The notes under the pieces are model-generated. The model did not search any database, was not told the DNA's origin, and saw only the letters and a program-made list of their open reading frames with translations. A stretch of 62,716 nt of DNA, the filler included. It is 8 parts of 8 records of this genome, joined end to end, with 100 filler letters (N's around TTAATTAATTAA, not from the genome) between each part and the next. Parts side by side here need not be neighbours in the genome. Positions count along the whole stretch, not along the records: positions 10,884 to 31,528 come from SRR20825010_2977; 7 more parts are not named here. One strand, 5' to 3'. Shown one piece after another: positions 18,715-28,123 of the stretch. The translations under genes were made by a program, and so were the position numbers. How positions within the stretch are numbered: position 1 is the stretch's first letter; the number at the start of each line of letters is the position of its first letter.

Positions 18715-19485
18715 TCAGCGGTAAGTCTGCCCGCCATCGAGATCGACCACGATCCCCGTCGCCCAGCCCGCACGCGGTGAGCACAGGAATGCCACCACGT
18801 CGGCAATCTCCTCTACCTTCGCGGCCCGTCCGAGCGGCTGGCCGGCCAGGAAATCCTGCCAGCGGTCCGCGTCCCCTTTCTCGTCCGCCGCCTTGGTCTT
18901 CAGCAACGTGACAAGGCGATCGGTCGCGACCAGTCCCGGATTGGCCCCGAGCACGCGCATGCCGTCCGCCAGCGCATTGGAACCCATCGCCTTGGTGAAA
19001 GCGTTAAGAGAGGCGTTGCCCGCCGTGCCGGCGATATATTTCGGGTCCAGCTTGACGCCCGCGAGGCCGATGACATTGAAGATCACGCCACCGCCCTGCT
19101 CTTTCATCAGGGCATAGAAGGTGCGGGTCATGTTGATATAGCCGAACACCTTGAGGTCCCAGGCCGCGCGCCATGTCGCCTCGTCAATGGCCTGCAAATC
19201 ACCGCCCGGGATGGCACCTGCATTGTTCACGACGATATCCGGCACCGGTAGTGCGCCACCGAGAGCCTCCACCGCGCCCGGAGCGGACAAATCCGCAGGA
19301 TGAATGGTGCAGCTGGCACCGGCGGAGACCAACTCGTCCCGCGCTTGTTCCAGCCGCTCTCCATCCCGGGCGACCAGATGCACGGCACAGCCCTCAGCCG
19401 CGAACGCCTTGGCGCAGCCGAGACCAATGCCCTTCGACGCGCCGGTGATCAGAACACGTTTACCTTCAAGCCCAAGGTCCATCAT
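18715..19485 (-). CDS. Short-chain dehydrogenase/reductase
   Basis: ITGASKGIG, VNNAG, ANPG, DGG motifs; the YxxxK position reads YIAGTAGN (atypical). Confidence 0.92.
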   Translation of the reverse strand: MMDLGLEGKRVLITGASKGIGLGCAKAFAAEGCAVHLVARDGERLEQARDELVSAGASCTIHPADLSAPGAVEALGGALPVPDIVVNNAGAIPGGDLQAIDEATWRAAWDLKVFGYINMTRTFYALMKEQGGGVIFNVIGLAGVKLDPKYIAGTAGNASLNAFTKAMGSNALADGMRVLGANPGLVATDRLVTLLKTKAADEKGDADRWQDFLAGQPLGRAAKVEEIADVVAFLCSPRAGWATGIVVDLDGGQTYR

Positions 19486-20077
19486 TATCCTCCCTGTCGC
19501 GTCCCGAAGCGGCCAAACCGCCCCGGTCGCTTTCCCTCAGTATCAGGAGGATAAAGGCGCGGCGCCATGCCCCTCTCGCCTGCCGGAAAGGAAAAGACCC
19601 GGCCTGCACCGGAGGAAAGCCGGGGATATCAAGATCATAATGATCTGCCGGCGCTTTCCGTGGATCCCGCTGCGGCCATGCGCACGGCACCGGGATACAA
19701 GCGGCATGCATTTCCCGCAAGGCTCGACACGGACCTATGCAGCCGAAAACCCGGCGGTTCCATTGACCCGCATCCGATTCGGAGTCACAGTTTCAGCGTC
19801 CCATCCGGACACACGAAACCCAAAGAGGGAGGTCGTATATCGCGATGGAGCCACCGAACCAGGCAACGCGTTCCTGAGAACGGAACGCGACGGCAACAAG
19901 CGGCAGCTGACGCTTCAAGTCCGCAGACATACCAAGTTTTTTGAGAGCTAAACGCTCGATAGTCTGTCTTATGCAACAGACATGAAATCATGCTATGCCC
20001 CACTCGACGCTTATGCGCGGTGGGGCTTTGCATTTCAGCCCGATTTCCCGCGCCAACCGAGCCGGATAGCCGCTGCA

Positions 20078-20665
20078 ATGCATAAAAACCTGCGCCATGA
20101 CCGGGTGCTGGTCGTCGATCTCGAGCTGACCTGCTGGGACGGGCTGCCACCCGAAGGCGAACGTCCGGAGATCATCGAAATCGGTGTCGCCGAGATTGAC
20201 CTGAAGCGGGATGAGATCAGCCGCACGATCTCCATGCTGACCAAACCAACCGCCTCTCGCATATCCCCGTTCTGCACCGATTTCACGGGCATCACGGACG
20301 AGATGATCGCGGCCGAGGGCATTCCGTTCGAGGCGGCCTGCCAGCAATTGCGCAAGACCTACGGCTCAACATCCAAACTCTGGGTCGGCTGGGGCAGTGA
20401 CGATGCGCTTTTCGCGACCGAGGTTCAGGTAAAGGACGCCATCGATCCAGCCTCGCACCGCTATCTCGATCTCTGCCAGATACAGGAATATGTGCTGGCC
20501 GGCGGGCGCCGGATCTCGCTCGACGAAGCGCTGAAGGTGATGAAGCTGGAGCGGGCAGGAACGGCGCACCGGGCGCTTGGCGATGCCATCGATACCGCCC
20601 GCCTGTTTCTGGCTTGGCGGGAACGGTTCGGTCTCGGTGCCCTGCCGCGTGAGCATTTCGACTGA
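20078..20665 (+). CDS. DEDDh 3'-5' exonuclease (KapD/ERI-like)
   Basis: VDLELTCW, EIIEIG, FTGI, HRALGDA motifs. Confidence 0.9.
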   Translation: MHKNLRHDRVLVVDLELTCWDGLPPEGERPEIIEIGVAEIDLKRDEISRTISMLTKPTASRISPFCTDFTGITDEMIAAEGIPFEAACQQLRKTYGSTSKLWVGWGSDDALFATEVQVKDAIDPASHRYLDLCQIQEYVLAGGRRISLDEALKVMKLERAGTAHRALGDAIDTARLFLAWRERFGLGALPREHFD

Positions 20666-20675
20666 GAAGCGTCCT

Positions 20676-21161
20676 TCAGGCCCCGTACACGTCCCGCACC
20701 GTATCGAGCCAGAGCCGGTCCGCCGCTTCCGGATCAAGCACGCCAAAACTGGCCATGTAGATTTCCGCGACCTTCAAGAAGCGGTCCTTTTCGTCTCGCA
20801 CCCAATCCTCATAGGACCAGGTAATATCCATCGGCGCGATATTCCGCACCGCTCCGCAATAGAGGGCCGTCGCCGGTCCCGAGGCGGTCTCGACGGAGCA
20901 TTGCTCGATGGCGAAATCGAAATCCTCGAAAAACCGGATGCGCTGATCGTCCTCCGGCACATAGTCGCGCAGAAGAAGACCTTCGACCTGCCCATCGGGT
21001 GCTTCGACCAAGGCTGGATAAGGCTCGCCTTCAACCCGGACACGGGCAAAGCCGGAAAGGGTCGCCACAGTCGAGAGCGGCCCCGGGTCACGCCCCAGCA
21101 CAAGGGAAAGCACGTCCGGATCCATCAGGGTTCCGAAGAAAAAATAGGGCAGTATTGGCAT
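20676..21161 (-). CDS. Gamma-glutamylcyclotransferase (AIG2-like)
   Basis: YFFFGTLM, YPALV, VEGLL, FFE motifs. Confidence 0.85.
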   Translation of the reverse strand: MPILPYFFFGTLMDPDVLSLVLGRDPGPLSTVATLSGFARVRVEGEPYPALVEAPDGQVEGLLLRDYVPEDDQRIRFFEDFDFAIEQCSVETASGPATALYCGAVRNIAPMDITWSYEDWVRDEKDRFLKVAEIYMASFGVLDPEAADRLWLDTVRDVYGA

Positions 21162-21166
21162 GTGCG

Positions 21167-21631
21167 TTAGCGGTTCTCAGAAAGATAAACGGTACAGCGG
21201 CTCGATCCCTCGTGCTTGAACACATAGATCCCCGCCTGAACCTCCATGCGCCGGGGCCGCCGGATATCGCGGGACCTGGCCGCGCGATAGACCTCACCCC
21301 CGACCCGAACGAAACCGCCGCCAAAGCGCCGGAACCGGCCGTCCCGGCATGCTTCCGTCGCCGGTCTGTCCAGCGTCGATATCTGCCTGAGCGGCCTGCT
21401 GTCCATGAACAGCAACCCGCGCTCGCTCGGATTTTCGTAGATTGTCGATTTCGGCACCGTGACCTGCTTCATTCGCCATTTAGGCTTTTCAGGTGCCCGT
21501 GAAAGGTGGCGCGGATTTGTACGATCCGGCGACATGCGTTCCGCCATGGACGAGGTGGCCGGCATCGTGCCGACGGCTGCAAACGCAGCCAGGAAGCACG
21601 CCGTACGCACAAATCGAATGGAATTTTTCAT
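21167..21631 (-). CDS. Hypothetical exported protein, 154 aa
   Basis: Signal-peptide-like N-terminus MKNSIRFVRTACFLAAFAAVG; fills the gap between co-oriented genes. Confidence 0.6.
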   Translation of the reverse strand: MKNSIRFVRTACFLAAFAAVGTMPATSSMAERMSPDRTNPRHLSRAPEKPKWRMKQVTVPKSTIYENPSERGLLFMDSRPLRQISTLDRPATEACRDGRFRRFGGGFVRVGGEVYRAARSRDIRRPRRMEVQAGIYVFKHEGSSRCTVYLSENR

Positions 21632-21654
21632 TTTGCCACCCGCTCGCCGTTCAA

Positions 21655-22614
21655 TTAGCCAGCATCCGCCAGCAGATGTTTTGCCAGCATAACATGGATG
21701 CCCTTGTTTCCATTGACCATCTGGGTAACACGAAGATCCGCGGCAAGGCTGCACAGCATATAGGCCTCGGCCCGGCTGCGGTTCGTCCGGGCCGTGATCA
21801 GGTCGAGCATCTGGCGCAGGGCATCCCGGCCAGCCTCGTCCAGATCCTCGTTGAAAGCCATGGTGATGAAATGGTCCGGTGTTTCGGCGCGCGGCAGGGT
21901 CAGGCTCATATCGTCCCGCACGGTCAGGCGGAAGCGGCCTTCAAGGGCCGTCTCGATCGCCGTCACGCAGACCTCGCCGTCGCCCTGGGCTCCATGTCCG
22001 TCACCGGCGGAGAACAGGGCACCCTCGACGAAGACCGGCAGGTAAAGCGTCGTCCCCGCCACCAGTTCCTTGTTATCCAGATTGCCGCCATTCGCCCGCG
22101 GCTGAATGGTGCTGACCCGGCCCCAGACCGGCGGCGGCGCAACGCCCATCACACCGAAGAACGGATGCAGCGGCAACTCCAGCCCCCACGGCAGGCGGCC
22201 GATATTGCGTTCGGTATCGATGGCGATGATGGAAAGCGTGACTTCATCGAAATCGTCCGGCAGCGCGCCCTTGAGCGGCGCGCTGTAATTGAAACCCCAG
22301 TCCTGCCGCACCTTCACGTCGAGAATATCGACCTGCAGCACATGGCCGGGCTTCGCGCCTTCGACATAGACCGGGCCGGTCAGAATGTGCCCCGGCAATC
22401 CCGGGCGCACCTGATCGATAACAGCCTGATGTTCCGGCAGAACCGTGTATCCCTCGCCGGGCAGCACCGGCGTATCGCCGGAGATCGACTGAATGGTGAC
22501 TTCCTCGCCCGAGGCAACGGTCAGGGCCGGCTCCAGACCAGCGTCGAAGAACCCCCAATGAACCGTTTCCGGACTGCTTTTGAGCATATGCCCCCGCATA
22601 ACTGCTCCTTTCAT
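21655..22614 (-). CDS. Acetamidase/formamidase family protein
   Basis: VHWGFFD, GHILTGP, GGNLDN, AGDGHGAQGDGEVCVTAIE motifs. Confidence 0.93.
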   Translation of the reverse strand: MKGAVMRGHMLKSSPETVHWGFFDAGLEPALTVASGEEVTIQSISGDTPVLPGEGYTVLPEHQAVIDQVRPGLPGHILTGPVYVEGAKPGHVLQVDILDVKVRQDWGFNYSAPLKGALPDDFDEVTLSIIAIDTERNIGRLPWGLELPLHPFFGVMGVAPPPVWGRVSTIQPRANGGNLDNKELVAGTTLYLPVFVEGALFSAGDGHGAQGDGEVCVTAIETALEGRFRLTVRDDMSLTLPRAETPDHFITMAFNEDLDEAGRDALRQMLDLITARTNRSRAEAYMLCSLAADLRVTQMVNGNKGIHVMLAKHLLADAG

Positions 22615-22629
22615 ATAGAACGCGTAAAA

Positions 22630-23229
22630 TCAGTGATGATTGTCGGTGGCCGGCTGGCCGGTCTTGAGCGCCGCCTGCTTACGCGCAGCCTTCCGGGCCT
22701 GTCGTTCGCGTCGCGCGGTCTTGAAACGCTCGATATAGATGTGGCTCCAACGATACCCGATCCAGCCGCCGGCGACCATCCATGGCACGCAGCCGACAAA
22801 CAGGGGCAGGCCCCATTCATCCAGCATCGCCATGAGATAGACCCAGACAGCCATGATTCCGGACACATCCTGACTGAGGATCATGTCCAGCCGATCCGAG
22901 AAATGCCCGAACGCCGTCAGGTTTTCCCAACGGCCGAGCATCAGATTCCCGGTCTGCAGGAAGATGTAATAGACGATCGGAACCGTGAAAACGTTGGTCG
23001 CCCAGGTCCAGGCGAGGGCCACGACCAGATTGAAGGTCCAGGACGGGCGCAGCAACCGGAGCAAGGACCAGATGCCCGCCACGATCGGCATTTGCACACC
23101 GACCAGCGGCGTCAACGAAATCGCGACACCAATGCCCACTCCCCGCGCCGTGTAATCCGGCAATCCGGTTCCGCGAAGGATCGGAATGACGAGCCGGTAA
23201 CGCAAAAGGCGGTTGAGAGGAGTAATCAT
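22630..23229 (-). CDS. DUF2062 membrane protein
   Basis: ARGVGIGV..TPLVGVQ, TWATNVFT.PIVY motifs. Confidence 0.8.
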   Translation of the reverse strand: MITPLNRLLRYRLVIPILRGTGLPDYTARGVGIGVAISLTPLVGVQMPIVAGIWSLLRLLRPSWTFNLVVALAWTWATNVFTVPIVYYIFLQTGNLMLGRWENLTAFGHFSDRLDMILSQDVSGIMAVWVYLMAMLDEWGLPLFVGCVPWMVAGGWIGYRWSHIYIERFKTARRERQARKAARKQAALKTGQPATDNHH

Positions 23230-23384
23230 TGGTCGGTCAATTCGGAATGAGGGTGCCAAACAGCGTGACGGACCAGCCATAGCAAGCAAGAGGCGGCACC
23301 GCCACGTCACAGAGAGATGATTTCATGAATCTCTTTATATTTAGTGACCGGGAGCGCGATTACACGCCCCCCGCACCCGATTCC

Positions 23385-24200
23385 CTAAGGACGCTCGCCC
23401 TTCGCCAGACGGGTCTCGATATCGTCCACCACGTCGAGAAGTGACGCGACGCTATCGATCAGATAATGCGGATTGCAGCTCCGCAGCGTCTTTTCCGCCT
23501 GCCGTTTCTTCTCCGCGAAAGCCTCTTCGTCCAGCGCCTCGGTTTCTTCCAGCGACAACCCGAAAGCATTGCCGGAAACCGTGACCCCGACGGTCCAGCA
23601 GCCAGCCGCGTTGCCTTCGGCAATGCCCGGCTCTGTGTCGTCCACCTTGATGCAGGCCGAGGCCGGCCAGACATCGAGATCGAGGAAACATTTATACATC
23701 ATCAGCGGCGACGGACGGCCGTGCGACAGATCACCGGCGCAGACCATGTTGTCCGGCGCATAGCCGCGCTCCCGCGCTATCGGCACCAGCCGCTCCATGA
23801 TCTCCCGGTTATACCCGGTCGTGGAGCCGATCTTCATGCCCCGTCCGCGCAATGCCGCGACCGTGTCCAGCGCGCCAGGAATGATATCGGCGAAGTCCGG
23901 AACCACATCGACGTTCATCGGCACGAAAATCTCGTAGATCCGGTCAACATCGCTATCGGAGAACGCCGCCCCGTGGGCCTGTTGCCATGCCTCCGCAATG
24001 CGCGGCTGCGTGCCGACGGCCTTGATATGGTCCCATTTCGGCAGGCCCATCGGAGCCCTTGCCTCATCGATGGAAATCTCAACATCGAACGCGGCGAACG
24101 CTCTCTGGAAAACGCCCATCGGCGCCCGGCTACCGTGATCGACAATGGTTCCGGCCCAGTCGAAAATAACGGCTTTGACATGGTTCTCGGCGGTGGACAT
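23385..24200 (-). CDS. phnX: Phosphonoacetaldehyde hydrolase
   Basis: FDWAGTIVDHGS, PMGLPKWDHI with the Schiff-base Lys, STTGY, GRPSP, KVDDT. Confidence 0.96.
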   Translation of the reverse strand: MSTAENHVKAVIFDWAGTIVDHGSRAPMGVFQRAFAAFDVEISIDEARAPMGLPKWDHIKAVGTQPRIAEAWQQAHGAAFSDSDVDRIYEIFVPMNVDVVPDFADIIPGALDTVAALRGRGMKIGSTTGYNREIMERLVPIARERGYAPDNMVCAGDLSHGRPSPLMMYKCFLDLDVWPASACIKVDDTEPGIAEGNAAGCWTVGVTVSGNAFGLSLEETEALDEEAFAEKKRQAEKTLRSCNPHYLIDSVASLLDVVDDIETRLAKGERP

Positions 24201-24217
24201 CTGAACTTCCTTTTCGG

Positions 24218-25363
24218 TTAGGCGGCAGTCCCGTAAAGCGAGGCAATGGTCTCCTCACCGAGGGCAAAGGCGGTGCTCATGCCGGTGCCGCTGGAGACGA
24301 CCAGCAGCCGCACCCCATCCTCCGGCGTATCGATGAAAGCGGTCCGGTCCGGCGCGGACGGATAGATACCGGTCCAGCGCTCGATCACCCTGGGGTTCTC
24401 GAGCTGCAGCATCCGGCCGGCTTCCTCCATGATCAGATCTTCCACCACCGCCGGCGCGAAAGGATCCGGGGTTGTTGCATAATGGTGGGAATCACCGACG
24501 ACGAGAGAGCCGTCCGCACCTTGTACCACGATCAGGTGGATGCCGTGCGCCAGCCATTGCGGCTGCTCCCGTTCCAGCCGTTCGCGCAGCACATTGGAGG
24601 CCGCGCAGCCGGTGTAGCCTTCGTAGCGCACCAGACTGAGATCCGACATGACCGCGCCCGGCAGTTTCCATTCCGGCGGCTGCGGAGCAACCCGTAGCAT
24701 CTGCAGCTTGCAGAGCCGCAGATTGTAGGATGCAAGGCGCTCCGGATAGAGCGTCGCAATGTCGGGGCCGGGGCAGACAATGACCGACTCCGCCCGGATC
24801 GTCCCGGACGTGGTCTCGACCATCTCCGGGGCCACGCCGGTCACGGCCGTCGACCAGCGGAACTCCACACCGCAACTGGCTTCCAGATACTGCGCCAGCC
24901 GCGGCAATGCCTGACGCGGCTCGACCCGCGCTTCATGCGGGCTCCACAAACCGCCGAGCACAGTCTTCTGCCCCAGCATCGGTGCCTTCTCTTTGGTTTG
25001 TTCCGCTGTCAGAAGCGTACAAGCCTGCCCCATATCGGTGGCGGCGAATTCTTCGAGGACGGCGACCGCTTCCGGCCTCTGGGCCGTTACCAGCAAACCA
25101 TCGTGCAGAACCGGTATACCGGCCTTGGGGGCAATATCGCGCCAGATGGAAGCTGACTTGTACGCCCGCTCCCAGGTCTCCCCCTGTTTCTGTCCGGTGA
25201 CGGTCACGAAGCCGAAATTACGGATCGATGCCCCGTTCGATTGCGCGTCGCGGTCGATGACGACGACCCGTTTGCCGCGCTTCGAGGCCGCGAGCGCACT
25301 TGCCAGCCCGCAAATCCCCCCGCCGACGATCGCAAGATCGAAGGTATGTCCCATATCATCCAT
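24218..25363 (-). CDS. FAD-dependent oxidoreductase, TIGR03364-like (aminophosphonate oxidase candidate)
   Basis: GGGICG, GASIRNFG, CKLQMLR, GIHLIV.Q..DG..VVGDSH, SGTGMST; 17 bp upstream of phnX. Confidence 0.88.
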   Translation of the reverse strand: MDDMGHTFDLAIVGGGICGLASALAASKRGKRVVVIDRDAQSNGASIRNFGFVTVTGQKQGETWERAYKSASIWRDIAPKAGIPVLHDGLLVTAQRPEAVAVLEEFAATDMGQACTLLTAEQTKEKAPMLGQKTVLGGLWSPHEARVEPRQALPRLAQYLEASCGVEFRWSTAVTGVAPEMVETTSGTIRAESVIVCPGPDIATLYPERLASYNLRLCKLQMLRVAPQPPEWKLPGAVMSDLSLVRYEGYTGCAASNVLRERLEREQPQWLAHGIHLIVVQGADGSLVVGDSHHYATTPDPFAPAVVEDLIMEEAGRMLQLENPRVIERWTGIYPSAPDRTAFIDTPEDGVRLLVVSSGTGMSTAFALGEETIASLYGTAA

Positions 25364-25429
25364 CCGAATTGATCACCCCTGCCGATACCATAACGGTATG
25401 ACAAAGAAGTTATCTAATCGAGTGCGGCC

Positions 25430-26008
25430 TCAGATGACGTCCGCACTTAAATGGGAAAATTTTTGGGAGACATCTTCCCAGGTGCTGTGCGCGGGGGAGC
25501 CGTCCGGGGTGGCGCCGCCCGAAGCGATGAAAACCTGCGGCGGCGTCGGGCCTTCACCAGTCTCGAAGACCTGACAGGTATAACACATGTCGGAGCGCGA
25601 CCCGTCTTTGGACAACGGCATCATAAGCCGGGAAGCCTTCACCAGACGCCCCTGATCCCACCGGAACCTGCTGTGCGAAACCACGGCAACGCGCTGCTCG
25701 CAGGCAAGCATGTAGAGACCGCGAATGAATTCCAGATAATTGCCTTCGAGGACGGTGGACAATTCCATCCCGGTAATGTCCCGCCCGAAAAAATCCGTGA
25801 AATTTGTGCCCACGACCCTGTGCCGGACCGACTGCGTGCGCGTATCCACGTCGGCCAAAAGGCTGTACGGCAGCAAAACCGGCCCAATTTCCGTTGGATC
25901 AAGATCACGCCGCAACGGGATTTCATTCCCGCCTTTTATACGGATCCAATAGGCATACATCGCATGAAGCGTCGTACTACCCAGAACCGCGTCCGTTTCT
26001 AATTGCAA
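25430..26008 (-). CDS. Stand-alone PAS_5-type domain protein
   Basis: YW....G..IP.R.DLDP, RVVGT, GRDITG, RLMMPL motifs; TTG start. Confidence 0.8.
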   Translation of the reverse strand: MQLETDAVLGSTTLHAMYAYWIRIKGGNEIPLRRDLDPTEIGPVLLPYSLLADVDTRTQSVRHRVVGTNFTDFFGRDITGMELSTVLEGNYLEFIRGLYMLACEQRVAVVSHSRFRWDQGRLVKASRLMMPLSKDGSRSDMCYTCQVFETGEGPTPPQVFIASGGATPDGSPAHSTWEDVSQKFSHLSADVI

Positions 26009-26224
26009 CGCCTCTTACCCCAAATAGGAAGCGTATCAACCTGCACCGGAGTACAGGTTGATCGAGGCAACAACTTACCATTCAATTCTATTTTGTCTAA
26101 AATTTTTATCGGATTGAGTGCAGAAGTATAATTTAACTTTATTCTTGCAAAGACAGAATAAAATAATGGCCTTCATTCATACCTTTGCACGAATTCCTTA
26201 TACGTCAGACTCCATACCCCCGGC

Positions 26225-26665
26225 TTATCTGCCAAGCACTTCCCTGTATCCTTCCAGCAAAGGCTCCACACCGGACAAATCATATCCTTCCCGCGCGGCC
26301 ACCGATGTCACATCGGCAATGGATTTCCCGTGGAAGCATACCTGGGTAAGGGCCCACAGGATGGTCGACCGGGTTCCGCTGCGGCAAAATGCAAAAACCG
26401 GCCCGCCGGCTGCTTCCATCGCCGCATGGTGTTCCGCGACCAATTCCGGGGTCAAAGCCGGCAAGCTTATCGGAATGGAGACATAGGAGAGGCCTGCGGC
26501 TTCTGCGGCGGCCTTGAGGTCGTCGCCAACCGGCTGCCCCATCTCCTCGCCATCCGGACGATTGTTGATGACCGTCTTGAACCCGAGATCCGCTATTTCA
26601 CTCATTTCCTGAGGGAAAACCTGACCTTTTGCGGCATAGTTTTCGTCGATTTTCTTAAAGTCCAT
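26225..26665 (-). CDS. TIGR01244/DUF442 sulfurtransferase-like protein
   Basis: INNRPDGEE, FCRSGTRS active loop. Confidence 0.9.
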   Translation of the reverse strand: MDFKKIDENYAAKGQVFPQEMSEIADLGFKTVINNRPDGEEMGQPVGDDLKAAAEAAGLSYVSIPISLPALTPELVAEHHAAMEAAGGPVFAFCRSGTRSTILWALTQVCFHGKSIADVTSVAAREGYDLSGVEPLLEGYREVLGR

Positions 26666-26899
26666 CGGGTTCGGCCCTTCTGTTTCACTGAAACTCCGGA
26701 AAACAGTACCGGAGGTTGGCATGGCGATACGCACCGTTTTTTTCGACTTAAGACACTGAAGTGAAAAATCCCACCAAATAGTCGTAGTAGGTTAGATCAA
26801 TATGAAACTCGATCTGGTATATAAAACCTTCTACAAAGCAACCATACTGCTTGCTTTGCGTCCGATCAGCATCGGATAATTCAGGTTTAGGGGGACTCT

Positions 26900-28105
26900 A
26901 TGGCCGCAGGGTCATTAGACCAGCATCTTCTGCAAGAGGACGCCCAGAAATTCATGGGTACCTTCCTGGCAGAACACAAGAAATGGCTCCAGCGTAAGCC
27001 TGGAGGCAAACAGTGCGATCTGTCCCGCCTGAATTTGCAGGGTATCAACCTTCAGAATGCCTTACTCGCCCGCGCCGTCCTGGTTGGCACTCATCTGCAG
27101 AATGCCAAGCTCGAGGGCGCAGATTTCAGTGAGTCCGATATGTTCGGCGCAAAGCTGCAGGGCGCGAACCTGCGCCGGGCCAAACTCAAGCGCACGATCC
27201 TGCGCGGGGTCAATCTGAAGAACGCCGATCTGTCTCATGCGGATCTGGAAGACGCGGACTTCCGCGGCGGACTGGTGCTGGGAGACTCGCCCGAGGAATC
27301 CCTCGGCATGGAACAGAGCGATCTCAGCGAATGCCTGATGGATTTCGCCCGCGGACAACGCGCCAAATTCTCCAATGTCGACCTCAGTGGCGCCAGCCTC
27401 AGGGAAGCCAATCTGAAGGGGGCGGAGCTGTTCGGCTCGGACCTCTCAAATGTCGATCTGACGGGCGCCAATCTGGAAGATGCGGATCTTTCGGACACCC
27501 GGCTGACCAATGCCAAACTTGAGCGGACGATCCTGAAAGGGGCCCGCTTCGCCAACAGCATGGTCAGCGAAGAGGCCCTGGCGAAAGCCGAAATCGATTC
27601 GGATGCGCTCGACGAGATCAACAACGTCAGGCTCAGTATCGATCTGGACACAAGCGGCGACTTCAAGTCCCTGCCCCCGGAGCTGCGCACCGCTCTCGCG
27701 CAGCATTTCGAATGGCTGCAATCGAACGGTGCCCGCGGGTGCCGCGCAATCATCAAATCCATGTCTCTCAGGAAGCTCAAACTGCGGCGGCAAAACCTGA
27801 CCGGGGTCTCACTCTATTCCTGCGACCTCAGCGACGCGGACCTGTCCTTCGCCAACCTGGTGCTGGCGGATCTTGAAAAGTGCAACCTGATGAATGCCAG
27901 CCTGACGGGCGCGCTGATGTTCGGCACAAACTTCAAAGGGGCCTTCATGAGCGGCGCCGACCTGTCGAACGCCCATGTCGGCGCCATGCCGATCTTCGGA
28001 GCGGACGGGAAACGGACGGGGAAAATCCGGAAAACGGACATGAGCACCGCGAACCTGAATGCGGTGAAATTCGATGGCGTCGATATGAATGGCATTGTGA
28101 AGTAG
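26900..28105 (+). CDS. Pentapeptide repeat protein with two capped repeat modules
   Basis: Many A(D/N)Lxx repeats; caps EHKKWLQRKPGG and QHFEWLQSNGARG. Confidence 0.93.
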   Translation: MAAGSLDQHLLQEDAQKFMGTFLAEHKKWLQRKPGGKQCDLSRLNLQGINLQNALLARAVLVGTHLQNAKLEGADFSESDMFGAKLQGANLRRAKLKRTILRGVNLKNADLSHADLEDADFRGGLVLGDSPEESLGMEQSDLSECLMDFARGQRAKFSNVDLSGASLREANLKGAELFGSDLSNVDLTGANLEDADLSDTRLTNAKLERTILKGARFANSMVSEEALAKAEIDSDALDEINNVRLSIDLDTSGDFKSLPPELRTALAQHFEWLQSNGARGCRAIIKSMSLRKLKLRRQNLTGVSLYSCDLSDADLSFANLVLADLEKCNLMNASLTGALMFGTNFKGAFMSGADLSNAHVGAMPIFGADGKRTGKIRKTDMSTANLNAVKFDGVDMNGIVK

Positions 28106-28123
28106 CGCACCCAACACAGCGCC

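Noticed and set aside
19841-19920. Partial resemblance to a fluoride riboswitch (GCGATGGAG...GCTGA)
   Set aside because: The pseudoknot pairing and spacing do not fit, and the downstream gene is not fluoride-related
19304-19951. ORFs of 215, 125 and 121 aa over the SDR-exonuclease gap
   Set aside because: Mutually overlapping, Arg/Pro-rich and without motifs; none is convincing as a gene
21493-23250. 585-aa plus-strand ORF
   Set aside because: Antisense shadow of the acetamidase and DUF2062 genes; no motifs; typical of GC-rich DNA
25395-25415. Possible Pho box upstream of the phosphonate genes
   Set aside because: Only one TGTCAT half site on the minus strand, with no second repeat at 11-bp spacing
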